Shown here piece after piece: positions 1-8,375 of a DNA stretch of 64,000 bases; within the stretch, counting starts at the first letter, position 1, and each line of letters starts with the position of its first letter. The translations under genes were made by a program, and so were the position numbers. Source of the stretch: Dehalococcoidia bacterium (GTDB taxonomy: Bacteria > Chloroflexota > Dehalococcoidia > Lucifugimonadales > GCA-2712585). Under the pieces are notes generated by a model, which was not told the origin of the DNA, did not search any database, and worked only from the letters and a program-made list of their open reading frames with translations. The stretch is from assembly GCA_965238215.1 (NCBI GenBank), contig OZ250180.1, positions 1,884,111 through 1,948,110 on the forward strand, read 5' to 3'.

Positions 1-469
1 TGAAGGCGGGCTACGCATCGTGTCATCGGACACTTGTGAAATTGAATTACCCCTCGCCCCGTCACAGGAATTTGCCGATCTGCCAGAGAGAATGAGGCAA
101 AGGATGGAGAATGATCCCAACTTCGCTTACACCAGTATGAATTTGGATATAATGACCAGAAGGGAATCCAGGTACACAAGACTCGGTCCAGAATTCAGGC
201 GAATCTGGAATGGCTTTTATGCATATGAAGACAAGCTACGGAGGTATCCCTACTACTCACTTGTCTTTGTGGAGGAACTGTCAACCTGGGATGGTGTGCC
301 CACGGACAGAACAGTTGTCGAAATCCACCTCGAGCATATGGTGGACCTGCGCACAATTCCATCGGAATACTGGATTCCGAGCTGCATTGCGGGAGTCCCG
401 GTGCATATCGTCGTAGGCAACCACTTAATTTATTCTGATGCATCTCCTGATGAAGCAGGTATTCAGTAA
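1..469 (+). CDS. Cassette A lipoprotein-family protein (5' truncated by window edge), putative protease pro-domain homolog
   Basis: Frame is open from the window start (EGGLRIVSSDTCEIELP...). Clear paralog of 788-1321 and 1712-2248, sharing C..PS.E and the C-terminal IPSCIAGVPV. Confidence 0.8.
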   Translation, partial: EGGLRIVSSDTCEIELPLAPSQEFADLPERMRQRMENDPNFAYTSMNLDIMTRRESRYTRLGPEFRRIWNGFYAYEDKLRRYPYYSLVFVEELSTWDGVPTDRTVVEIHLEHMVDLRTIPSEYWIPSCIAGVPVHIVVGNHLIYSDASPDEAGIQ

Positions 470-519
470 CTGTTCAGGAACAAATATAGAGAATGAACGA
501 GAAATAAGGAGGAAAAACA

Positions 520-609
520 ATGGGACACAGACAAAGTAACCACAGACCCCTTCGCGCAGGGATAGCCATAAAACGCACCGGCGCTCCCCCAACCCGATCA
601 TCGCCCTGA
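520..609 (+). pseudogene. 29-aa 5' stub of a protease gene (MGHRQSNHRPLRAGIAIKRTGAPPTRSSP*)
   Basis: Strong RBS AAGGAGG before ATG 520. NHRPLRAGI matches the N-terminus of 2290-6030 (NHRPLRGGI) and of 1360-1542. Not in the ORF track. Confidence 0.8.
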
Positions 610-644
610 CTCCAAATCCCTCCCCTACCAACTCTTCCCCGCAG

Positions 645-865
645 ACCCCAATCTCCCATCTTCCTCGCCCACCCCCATCGGCCCAATGTGCCACAACAAC
701 ATTGACAAACACAAACACATATTCTACTATCCACCCATGAAGAGCACGAGAAGCTCACAAACCAGCCAACCAAAGGAGGTGACACCCATGAAAACACACA
801 ACTGGCAAACAAAGGCCCTCATCCTCTTCATAGCAGCAGTTGCTTTCTGCCTGACCACGGCTTGC
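645..865 (+). repeat. Cassette leader direct repeat, copy 1 (promoter, leader, RBS, signal peptide)
   Basis: Aligns with about 1580-1790 at an offset of about 924 bp; e.g. ATGAAGAGCACGAGAAGCTCA and GCCAACCAAAGGAGGTGACACCCATGAAAACA are identical. Confidence 0.85.
702..730 (+). promoter_or_regulatory. Sigma70-type promoter TTGACA-N17-TACTAT
   Basis: Near-consensus -35/-10 with 17-bp spacing upstream of 788. The copy at 1623 keeps TTGACA. Confidence 0.65.
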
Positions 866-1321
866 GAGCCGTGGCAGGTTGAAAGGATCATACCATCCGG
901 GTCTTGTGTGAATGACGCGGCTCTGACGCCATCGGCGGAATTCCTAGACCTATATGAGAGATGGAAGGATGAGCGAGGCTTAGATGAAAATACCTCGATG
1001 GAAGATTTGGCTAAGCTCCCAGGCTATTGGGACGCACGTAATGCAAGATTCGCCAGACTAGGGCCCAAATATGAGCAGATCGGTAACAAGATCAATGCCG
1101 AATACACAGAACGGATCATGCGCCACCCCTTCTACCGCGGACGCGTTCTCTGGTACTTGGAAGATGAAAGAGGCTGGCTAACAGATACGGTAGTTCTTGA
1201 AATTGATGTTCACAAGGTGGTGAGTCCGTACAGGTTTCCACCGGGAGACCGAATTCCGGAATGCATGGATGGTGTACCAGTGATCTATTTTCTGAACCGG
1301 ACATGGGCAACTCCTGGCTAA
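788..1321 (+). CDS. Cassette B lipoprotein, putative protease pro-domain homolog
   Basis: AAGGAGGT RBS; signal peptide MKTHNWQTKALILFIAAVAFCLTTA-C with a lipobox-like Cys; C-terminal IPECMDGVPV. Confidence 0.85.
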   Translation: MKTHNWQTKALILFIAAVAFCLTTACEPWQVERIIPSGSCVNDAALTPSAEFLDLYERWKDERGLDENTSMEDLAKLPGYWDARNARFARLGPKYEQIGNKINAEYTERIMRHPFYRGRVLWYLEDERGWLTDTVVLEIDVHKVVSPYRFPPGDRIPECMDGVPVIYFLNRTWATPG

Positions 1322-1359
1322 GTACAGAGCAAAAAATCTAGAATAAGGAGAAATAAGAA

Positions 1360-1542
1360 ATGGGACATCGCAGAACCAATCACAGACCCCTACGAGCCGG
1401 AATCGGTGTTACGCCGAATCTTGGAATACCAGGCTACGGCACGTTAACCGGCATTGCAAGACGAAATTCCGACGGCGTACTGGTTGCAGTAACCAACCTG
1501 CACATCATCATCGGCAACCCTATATTTACGCAATCTCTCTGA
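1360..1542 (+). pseudogene. 60-aa 5' stub of a protease gene, retaining the TNLH catalytic-His motif
   Basis: MGHRRTNHRPLRAGIG...GTLTGIARR...VAVTNLHI aligns with aa 1-50 of 2290-6030, then stops. Confidence 0.85.
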
Positions 1543-1579
1543 ATCTCGCTTCACCCCCACCAACGCTTCCTGCTTCTCC

Positions 1580-1790
1580 AACCCAATTTCCCAACCCCCC
1601 CGGCCCAAAGTGACACACCTGTTTGACAACAACGAACATACATACTATCCTCTATCCAATGAAGAGCACGAGAAGCTCAACAAAACCCGCCAACCAAAGG
1701 AGGTGACACCCATGAAAACAACCAACTGGCAAACAAAGGCCCTCACGCTCTTCATCGCAGCCGCTGCCCTCTGGCTGGCAACCGCCTGCA
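1580..1790 (+). repeat. Cassette leader direct repeat, copy 2
   Basis: Homologous to 645-865. Confidence 0.85.
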
Positions 1791-2248
1791 CGACGTACTA
1801 TCCCATCAACTATCCCGTTAACGGGATACGGGTAATATCTTCGGAACCATGCGAAATCGATGTACCCCTCGTGCCATCACAAGAATACGTCAAGCTCGCA
1901 GAGCAACTGAAGCAACTGGGAGATCAGGTTGATTACATGGAATCACGGGAGATAAAGATAAATGCGCGTGACGCGTGGTATGCAAGACTCAAGCCGGAAT
2001 TCAACCGCATCCTGGAAGTCGTTCGAACCTACGCGGACCTGCTCAGGAAGTACCCCAACTTCGAACTGACAATAGTAGAAGAGATGAGAACTTGGGATGG
2101 TGCGTGGACAGACAAGCTGGTTGTCGTAGTCTACGTTTCCCACTTGTTTGATCCCCGTACGATCCCTCCGGAAGAACGAATACCTAGTTGCATTGCCGGA
2201 GTCCCGGTGCATTTCATGGTCCAACCGACGGCAACCCCAGGCTACTAA
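1712..2248 (+). CDS. Cassette C lipoprotein, putative protease pro-domain homolog
   Basis: RBS; signal peptide ending LATA-C; LLRKYPNF...DGAWTD..VVVYV...IPPEERIPSCIAGVPV. Confidence 0.85.
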   Translation: MKTTNWQTKALTLFIAAAALWLATACTTYYPINYPVNGIRVISSEPCEIDVPLVPSQEYVKLAEQLKQLGDQVDYMESREIKINARDAWYARLKPEFNRILEVVRTYADLLRKYPNFELTIVEEMRTWDGAWTDKLVVVVYVSHLFDPRTIPPEERIPSCIAGVPVHFMVQPTATPGY

Positions 2249-2289
2249 CCAGATAAGCGTCCCAAAAATCAGAATTAAGGAGTTGAACA

Positions 2290-5200
2290 ATGGCTACAGA
2301 TAGAACCCAAAATCACAGACCGCTCAGAGGCGGCATCGCCGTATGGCCCAGCACCGGCCAAGGCGCACGCGGAACATTGACCGCCGTGGCAAGGCGTGTC
2401 GGTTTGGATACAAAGGTGCTTGTAACGAACATTCACGTCGTCAGCACAAGTGCTGACAATTACACATTGACTGAGGGAGAGCATCTATACCAAGGTGGCA
2501 CTGATTCCTCAGACCGGATAGGCAAAACCTTCACTTACACGGACGGCACAAATAGTTGGCTTCCAGTGGTGTCATCCAGTAAATATCAGGACGGAGAAGA
2601 GTACCGCAATGCGGGTGACATTACTCTGCTGGATGTCAAGGATGGCGTCGCTACTGACTTTGGCCTTCACGTGGATGATGGTTCTGGCGGGCATGAGCAG
2701 AGACCCATAGTGTTTCCACCTGTGAACCCTCTCCCAAACATGCGGGTGCAGGTTTTTGGTTCCGTCACCGGCCCGGGTGAAGCCCGCATCACCGTTGTAG
2801 ATGGCGACCAAGAGGCAAGGCGTATCGCAGTGAAGATTTCCGATACAGAGAAAATATACTACCGGTTTAAGAATACGGTCGTTCTAAATCGGGTGCCGCA
2901 TCCCGGGCAGAAAGGTGATTCAGGGGCGGCTTGCGTATGGGAAGATGATGATGGCAATTATCGGATGGTGTGCATTCTATATGGAGGCATTACAACTAAA
3001 AATCCAAGAACTGGAGAGCTTAGAAGCCTCACAGGATACGCCATGCCAGCCAGGTTAGCAGAATCACTCCTTGGGATATACTTCGGCGTAAAGGCTCCAA
3101 CTGTCAACCTCGGCTTGGACATAAAAGTGGTGCCAGGCGCTCCCATCTATATTCCACCTACTGTGACTGCCGTCGAGCCAGATGCCACAATCTCTTCATA
3201 CAGATGGGAAGTCGTTGCGCCTTGGCCTGTCATTCAGGCCGTCGCTCCCTTCCTTCCAGATCTTACTCAGAGGAACCTTTACTTTAATGCCCCCGACCAT
3301 GCTACCTACTTCGAGTTGAAACTCATCGTCACCGACAGCAACGGTGCCAAGGCCAGCAGCAAGATCCGTGTGCTAGTCAACAACCCCCCCACCGCCAAAC
3401 CCGGCATCAACCGGGTCGTCCCCGTCCACACGCCGCCAAGTCTCACCCCCGCGGTGACCCTCCTCGGCGCAGCCGAGGACCCCGACGCCGGCCACGTTGG
3501 AGACATGAGATACTCTTGGAGAGTAGACTCAGCCCCAGGCAGCAGCACCCGTTCAGCTACAACCGGCCCAACAATTACCTTGAGCGATGCCAACGTGGCG
3601 GAGCCTACCTTCACCCCCACCGCCATTGGCGACTACGTCTTCACCCTCACCGTCAAGGATCCCGGCGACCTCACCCACTCGGCCAGTGTCACCATCCACG
3701 CCTGTCCCGCCAACGAGACCTCCGATTGGTTCGACACCGGCGAAACCCGGTGTCACAACAACGCCCTGCAGAAGCGGCAGACCCGGCGACTAAGCAATGG
3801 CGTCATCGAGTTCCAGTGGATCGACGATCCGGACAACGAAGTCTGGGGAGCGTGGCAAGACACTTCAGCATCCCACCGCAACGAAGAGCCGGGAGACTGG
3901 ATAAACAGAGGAGGGCCATCCGGCTTCTATAACGTCTCCTTCCAATCGCAGCAGCGGACCGTAGCCTACGAGAAACAGCAGCGGCGCACCAGCGCGTGCG
4001 GCAACACGGAGGAGAGATGGATAGCCGCGAGCCGTAGGGAATCACGAACCAAGCTGGCGGGAAGAACCCTATTCCGGCCGCGCACACCGATAGACAGTCA
4101 GTGGGAAGTGCGGCGCATGAACAACCAGATCCAGGTGAAAGTGACCTCCCTGCCCCCCGTCTACGATGCCATCATAGAAATTCGTACGCGGCTGGAGAGT
4201 GGCAGCGGGTCGGATAGCGTCACCGTCATCAAGGCCATAGGGACAACCCTGAACAGCTGGGTGACGGTGCTTTCCAGCAGTGACGATAGGTGGAGCGAAG
4301 GGGAATGGACTGCGAAAATCCGGTTTGAGAACGACGAGAAGAACTCCAACTACTCAGCCACCAAGCCCGTCACCGCGCCGGCGGTGCCCACCACTCCGCC
4401 GCCCCCAGTGAGGTGGGTTGACACGAATCCTCTCCAAATCCGAGGTTGTGGGCCTACCAGGGAGAAGCAGCAGGTGAACGCCAACAACACCAGCGAGACC
4501 CGATGGGTAGCCGCCCCTGAAGACCTGGTTTGGGGTGAATTGGAGAACGATGGCGAGGCCACTGAAGTCACCACGGCCTGGGAAGACCAGGGCAGTCCCT
4601 CCCTGTTCGGTGGAGTGTGCAAGCAACTCCAGCGCCGCACTGCCACGACGACGCAGAACAAGCGCGAGAGGAACCAATGCGGCGGCTACAGGCCCGCTGA
4701 ACCCGTTGTCATCGAGAGGACCGACTACCAGCGTGTCACAATTGCTGAAACCTGGGGCAACTGGCGCGATACCGGAAACACGCGTGAGCACCCTGTTGAA
4801 CTCATCATAGAGAAGGAGCAGGAGCGCTTCTCGTCCCCCTGCAACCGCAGAGAAACCCGGTGGGTAGCTTGTGCGTGGGAAGACGTAAGCCCACCCGAAA
4901 CCCGCAACAGAGTCACAGGCAACTGGATGGATACGGGCAACCAGCGGGAGAACCAGGTGTTGCTCATCATTGAGAAGGAGCAGACCCGCACCGTAACGTG
5001 GGAGAAGAAGCAGCAATGTACCGGTGGCGGCACCGATCTCTACAGATGGGTACCGACATCCAGGACCGAAACCCGGTGGGTAGCTTGTGCGTGGGAAGAC
5101 GTAAGCCCACCCGAAACCCGCAATATAGTCGCAGGCAACTGGATGGACACGGGCAACCAGCGAGAGAACCAGGTTTTGCTCATCATGGAGAAAGAGCAAA

Positions 5201-6030
5201 CACGCACCATCACTTGGGAGAAGAAGCAGCAATGTACCGGTGGCGGCGCCACTCTCTACAGATGGGTACCGACATCCAGGACCGAAACCCGGTGGAGGAT
5301 AATACCGGAGGTCTGCGGCTCGTGGCGAGACGTGTCGGGAACGACCAGAGTCAAGACATACGGTACATACCGGAACGTGGTGCCTGCCGTATACACTGGC
5401 TCCGGAGCCAGTCGGAGGAGGAAGCAGACCCGTACCAACACACGCGAGAAACAGCAGAGCTGCACCACCAACGCTCCCTACAACAACACCCGGTATCGTT
5501 GGATTGCGACTACCTCCACCACAGAAACTCGGTGGGTTGCTGCCCCGGTTGTTACTCATAGCTACCGTGACATAACCCCGGCCGTCTATTCCGGCTGTGG
5601 CCCAAACAGGAGAAGAAAACAAGAGTGCATCCGTCTCGGGCACGAGGACACCAGGTGGCGTTCAGCCTCAGAACCGGATCCCTGGGGTCGGTGGTACAAC
5701 ACGGGACATACCCGCAATAGGGTTGTTGGAAGTTGGACGAATACCAGCACATACAGGGGTTGCGGCCCAAATCGCGAAAGAAAGCAAACGCGTACTACCA
5801 CTTGGGAAAATGAGCAAGAGCGGCAGAGTCATTGCGGCAACGTGGAAAGCAGATGGGTCTCAGATTCCAGCACGGACACCCAATGGGTTGCTGCCCCCGA
5901 AGCGGATCCCTGGGGACCGTGGACGGACACAGGTAACCAGCGCGAGAACCAGATACTGCTAATCATCGAGAAGCAGCAGAAGAGCACTTCCAGCTGCGGC
6001 AACGTCAAGTACAGATGGGTAGCCGTATAG
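2290..6030 (+). CDS. 1246-aa trypsin-clan serine protease with Ig/PKD-like domains and TSP1-like Trp/Arg/Cys repeats
   Basis: Putative triad His49 (TNIHV), Asp110 (GDITLL), Ser211 (GDSGA). Ig-like motifs (YSW...YVFTLTVKD). Repeated WGxWxDTG...R.Q.R...CG...RW. No signal peptide. Confidence 0.85.
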   Translation: MATDRTQNHRPLRGGIAVWPSTGQGARGTLTAVARRVGLDTKVLVTNIHVVSTSADNYTLTEGEHLYQGGTDSSDRIGKTFTYTDGTNSWLPVVSSSKYQDGEEYRNAGDITLLDVKDGVATDFGLHVDDGSGGHEQRPIVFPPVNPLPNMRVQVFGSVTGPGEARITVVDGDQEARRIAVKISDTEKIYYRFKNTVVLNRVPHPGQKGDSGAACVWEDDDGNYRMVCILYGGITTKNPRTGELRSLTGYAMPARLAESLLGIYFGVKAPTVNLGLDIKVVPGAPIYIPPTVTAVEPDATISSYRWEVVAPWPVIQAVAPFLPDLTQRNLYFNAPDHATYFELKLIVTDSNGAKASSKIRVLVNNPPTAKPGINRVVPVHTPPSLTPAVTLLGAAEDPDAGHVGDMRYSWRVDSAPGSSTRSATTGPTITLSDANVAEPTFTPTAIGDYVFTLTVKDPGDLTHSASVTIHACPANETSDWFDTGETRCHNNALQKRQTRRLSNGVIEFQWIDDPDNEVWGAWQDTSASHRNEEPGDWINRGGPSGFYNVSFQSQQRTVAYEKQQRRTSACGNTEERWIAASRRESRTKLAGRTLFRPRTPIDSQWEVRRMNNQIQVKVTSLPPVYDAIIEIRTRLESGSGSDSVTVIKAIGTTLNSWVTVLSSSDDRWSEGEWTAKIRFENDEKNSNYSATKPVTAPAVPTTPPPPVRWVDTNPLQIRGCGPTREKQQVNANNTSETRWVAAPEDLVWGELENDGEATEVTTAWEDQGSPSLFGGVCKQLQRRTATTTQNKRERNQCGGYRPAEPVVIERTDYQRVTIAETWGNWRDTGNTREHPVELIIEKEQERFSSPCNRRETRWVACAWEDVSPPETRNRVTGNWMDTGNQRENQVLLIIEKEQTRTVTWEKKQQCTGGGTDLYRWVPTSRTETRWVACAWEDVSPPETRNIVAGNWMDTGNQRENQVLLIMEKEQTRTITWEKKQQCTGGGATLYRWVPTSRTETRWRIIPEVCGSWRDVSGTTRVKTYGTYRNVVPAVYTGSGASRRRKQTRTNTREKQQSCTTNAPYNNTRYRWIATTSTTETRWVAAPVVTHSYRDITPAVYSGCGPNRRRKQECIRLGHEDTRWRSASEPDPWGRWYNTGHTRNRVVGSWTNTSTYRGCGPNRERKQTRTTTWENEQERQSHCGNVESRWVSDSSTDTQWVAAPEADPWGPWTDTGNQRENQILLIIEKQQKSTSSCGNVKYRWVAV
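4852..5295 (+). repeat. Intragenic 216-bp (72-aa) tandem duplication
   Basis: GAAACCCGGTGG recurs at 4852, 5068 and 5284; the two units are near-identical. Confidence 0.9.
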
Positions 6031-6064
6031 GCCTCAGGCACTCCGGTTGCACTAACCAGCAAAA

Positions 6065-6095
6065 GGGGGGCGGCTCCGCCAAGGAGCCGCCCCCC
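6065..6095. terminator. Intrinsic terminator hairpin between convergent genes
   Basis: GGGGGGCGGCTCC-GCCAA-GGAGCCGCCCCCC, a 13-bp perfect stem preceded by AAAA. Confidence 0.75.
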
Positions 6096-6128
6096 TCCTC
6101 CGCAATTCTTGATCCCTTAAGGAAACCC

Positions 6129-6770
6129 TCATCCCCCCGCCCTCCTCGCCGTCACCAGATACACCGGATCAGAAAACCCCTTCGGTGCCGGACTCCGGTC
6201 CTCCGCCCGAATCCCCTCATACCCTCCCGCCTTCTGCAGGTACATCTTCACCAACGTCATCCGCTGCTCGTCGCTGCACCCCTGCCATATCCGCACCGCC
6301 TTGGTGGGGAACATCCGGTTGGAGAAAGTTATCACCAGGGGGCATCCGGGCCTGAGTATCCGGCACATGTCCCTGAACACCTCCACCGGACGCGTCAGAT
6401 ATTGTACCGACACCGTCAGAATCACCCCTTCGAAGCGGGCGTCCTCAAACGGCAGTCGAGGCTCGCTGTTGACGTCATGGACAACGAAATCGTCCAGCTG
6501 GGGGTTCTCCCGCATCTCTACGGCATTCAACCCCAGCCCCACCATCCGAGCTTTGACGAAATCCGCGGGTAGGTGGGACCGCCAGCTGCTCATCAGGTCC
6601 AGGATGACGCCGTTGGCGGGCAGGAATTCCTGAAATATGCGCCCTATCTGTTCGATGGCCTCGTCGTCGATGTGCACGACAAGCCGTGGCTCCCGGTAGA
6701 AAAGGGCGTCGTTGCCCTCGTCCATCCGGTCGAAGAAGTTGTCCTGCAAACCCGGTTCCACAAGGCCCAT
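6129..6770 (-). CDS. Class I SAM-dependent methyltransferase (type 11)
   Basis: FYREPRLVVHID, ILDLMSSWRSHLP, GLGLN..EM..NP and FSNRMFPTKA motifs. Start chosen at ATG 6770. Confidence 0.85.
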   Translation of the reverse strand: MGLVEPGLQDNFFDRMDEGNDALFYREPRLVVHIDDEAIEQIGRIFQEFLPANGVILDLMSSWRSHLPADFVKARMVGLGLNAVEMRENPQLDDFVVHDVNSEPRLPFEDARFEGVILTVSVQYLTRPVEVFRDMCRILRPGCPLVITFSNRMFPTKAVRIWQGCSDEQRMTLVKMYLQKAGGYEGIRAEDRSPAPKGFSDPVYLVTARRAGG

Positions 6771-6887
6771 TCTACACGAAAAAACGCCTTGTTCTCGCCC
6801 GGCTTTCTTCTCTCGTTGACGATAAGCGCCCCCAATTGCTATAATGAGCCATCCCAAGGCAGCGTCCTAGCCTGACGCCTGCCTGCC

Positions 6888-7238
6888 TTGCGGGGGTGTT
6901 TCTTGGCCAACTACCTGCTTATTGAATCCCGCGACCCCTTTGAGTACGGCGACGCCCGCTATATGTACGACATGGCGGCAGACCTGGCTCGCAAGGGCAA
7001 CAGCGTTACCCTCTTCCTCGTCCAGAACGGCGTCCTAGTTACCCGTCCTGGCGTGAGGAACAACCCCCTCAACCGCCTCTTCCAGCAGAGCCAGACCGTC
7101 AGGGTTCTGGCGGACGAGTTCTCCCTGCGGGAGCGCGGCATTCCCCCTACCCCTCTGGTGGGTGGCGTTGAGGTGGCCGACGTGGACTTCCTGGTGGACC
7201 TGCTGGCAGAAGAAGATACTAAGGCCCTTTGGCATTAA
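6888..7238 (+). CDS. DsrE/F/H-family protein
   Basis: YLLIESRDPFE...VTLFLVQNGV...DEFSLRERGI. True start may be TTG 6903. Confidence 0.8.
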   Translation: MRGCFLANYLLIESRDPFEYGDARYMYDMAADLARKGNSVTLFLVQNGVLVTRPGVRNNPLNRLFQQSQTVRVLADEFSLRERGIPPTPLVGGVEVADVDFLVDLLAEEDTKALWH

Positions 7239-7320
7239 AGAGCCGTAGGATAGGACGAAATTGCCTTTGGTATCTTCCGACGTCATCATACTGAAAACCC
7301 TTTGGCACTGAGGAGCAGCT

Positions 7321-7710
7321 ATGGCAACCATTACAATCGCCCTTATGGACCCGCCTTACGAGGCTGAAACCACCACCACGGCCATGCGAATCATGGACGC
7401 CGCGGTGCGAAAGGGCCACCAGGTGAACGTGTTTGCCTACGAAGGCGCCGTCAACCTGACGATGAAAGACCAGGCCGCCCATCCCAATCCGGTTAAGGGC
7501 ACCACCGCTGAGGAGGAAGACCACCCCTCCAGTTCCCGGTTCATCGCCGGCCTGCTCGCCACCGAGCAGGTGGACTGGATCAACTGCGGCCTCTGCGTCG
7601 ACGAGCGCGGTTCCGGCAACTGGATAGACGGCGCCCGCCGCGGTGCGCCGGCGGACTTCTTCAAGTGGTCTCAGGAAAGCTCTAACACCCTGGTAATCGG
7701 CACCAAGTAG
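7321..7710 (+). CDS. DsrE-family protein with CxxC
   Basis: DPPY, VFAYEGAV and NCGLCVDERG motifs. Confidence 0.85.
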   Translation: MATITIALMDPPYEAETTTTAMRIMDAAVRKGHQVNVFAYEGAVNLTMKDQAAHPNPVKGTTAEEEDHPSSSRFIAGLLATEQVDWINCGLCVDERGSGNWIDGARRGAPADFFKWSQESSNTLVIGTK

Positions 7711-7719
7711 GAGGGTCGC

Positions 7720-8103
7720 ATGTCCAAAATCCTTTCCATCGTGGAACGGGCCTACCACGGCACCCTGGAGGAGCAGGACGATACCATCCTCTGGATGTCT
7801 CACATTCTCAAGAACGCCGGGGCGGATATCTCCGTCCTCCTCCGCTCTAACGCCGTGAACTACGCCGTTAGGGGCCAGGATGCCAGCGGCATAACCATCG
7901 GCGGCGTTCCACTTTCCAACCCCCCGAAGCTGGACGAGGACGTAGAGAGCCTCATTGGGGCGGGCGTGGATACATACGTGGTCAGGGAGGACGTGGAAGA
8001 CCGGGGCATCAGCGAGTCGGAGCTAGTTGATGGGATCAAGCTTGTTGACCGGGAAGGTCTGGCAGACCTCTTCGATGCCCACGACGCTATCTGGCACTGG
8101 TAA
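7720..8103 (+). CDS. DsrE/F-family protein
   Basis: VLLRSNAVNYAV...VREDVEDRGI...IWHW; operonic with 7321-7710. Confidence 0.8.
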   Translation: MSKILSIVERAYHGTLEEQDDTILWMSHILKNAGADISVLLRSNAVNYAVRGQDASGITIGGVPLSNPPKLDEDVESLIGAGVDTYVVREDVEDRGISESELVDGIKLVDREGLADLFDAHDAIWHW

Positions 8104-8124
8104 CCGCCCTCTAACTGCGCACAA

Positions 8125-8345
8125 CCCATCCCCTCTTGTCCTCGCGGATGCGGGGGACCCATCTTCTCCCCTTCCCTAGTCCTCGCTCATGGAGACCTTG
8201 GCATAACCGTCATTCCTCTGAAATTAGCCCGTTTCGCGCCTGGAAATCCCTTCCCCCTCGATGGGGGAAGGTTAGGATGGGGGTGAACCCCGTGCACGAC
8301 GACATTCCCCCCGGTAGAGGCAGTTCGAGAACCGCCTATTCCCCT
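8125..8345. repeat. REP-like palindrome mosaic
   Basis: Contains TGTCCTCGCGGATGCGGGG.ACCCATC, CTTCCCCC..ATGGGGGAAGGTT and GTAG.GGC.GTTCG.GAACCGCC modules that recur at 12.1-12.8, 13.6-14.0 and 19.4-20.0 kb. Confidence 0.75.
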
Positions 8346-8375
8346 CATCCCCGGGCCTTCTTCCCAAACGCTCCG

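Noticed and set aside
2248-2290. Readthrough or sequencing error fusing lipoprotein and protease
   Set aside because: The two genes are in different frames, and stop + RBS + ATG are conserved in all three cassettes.
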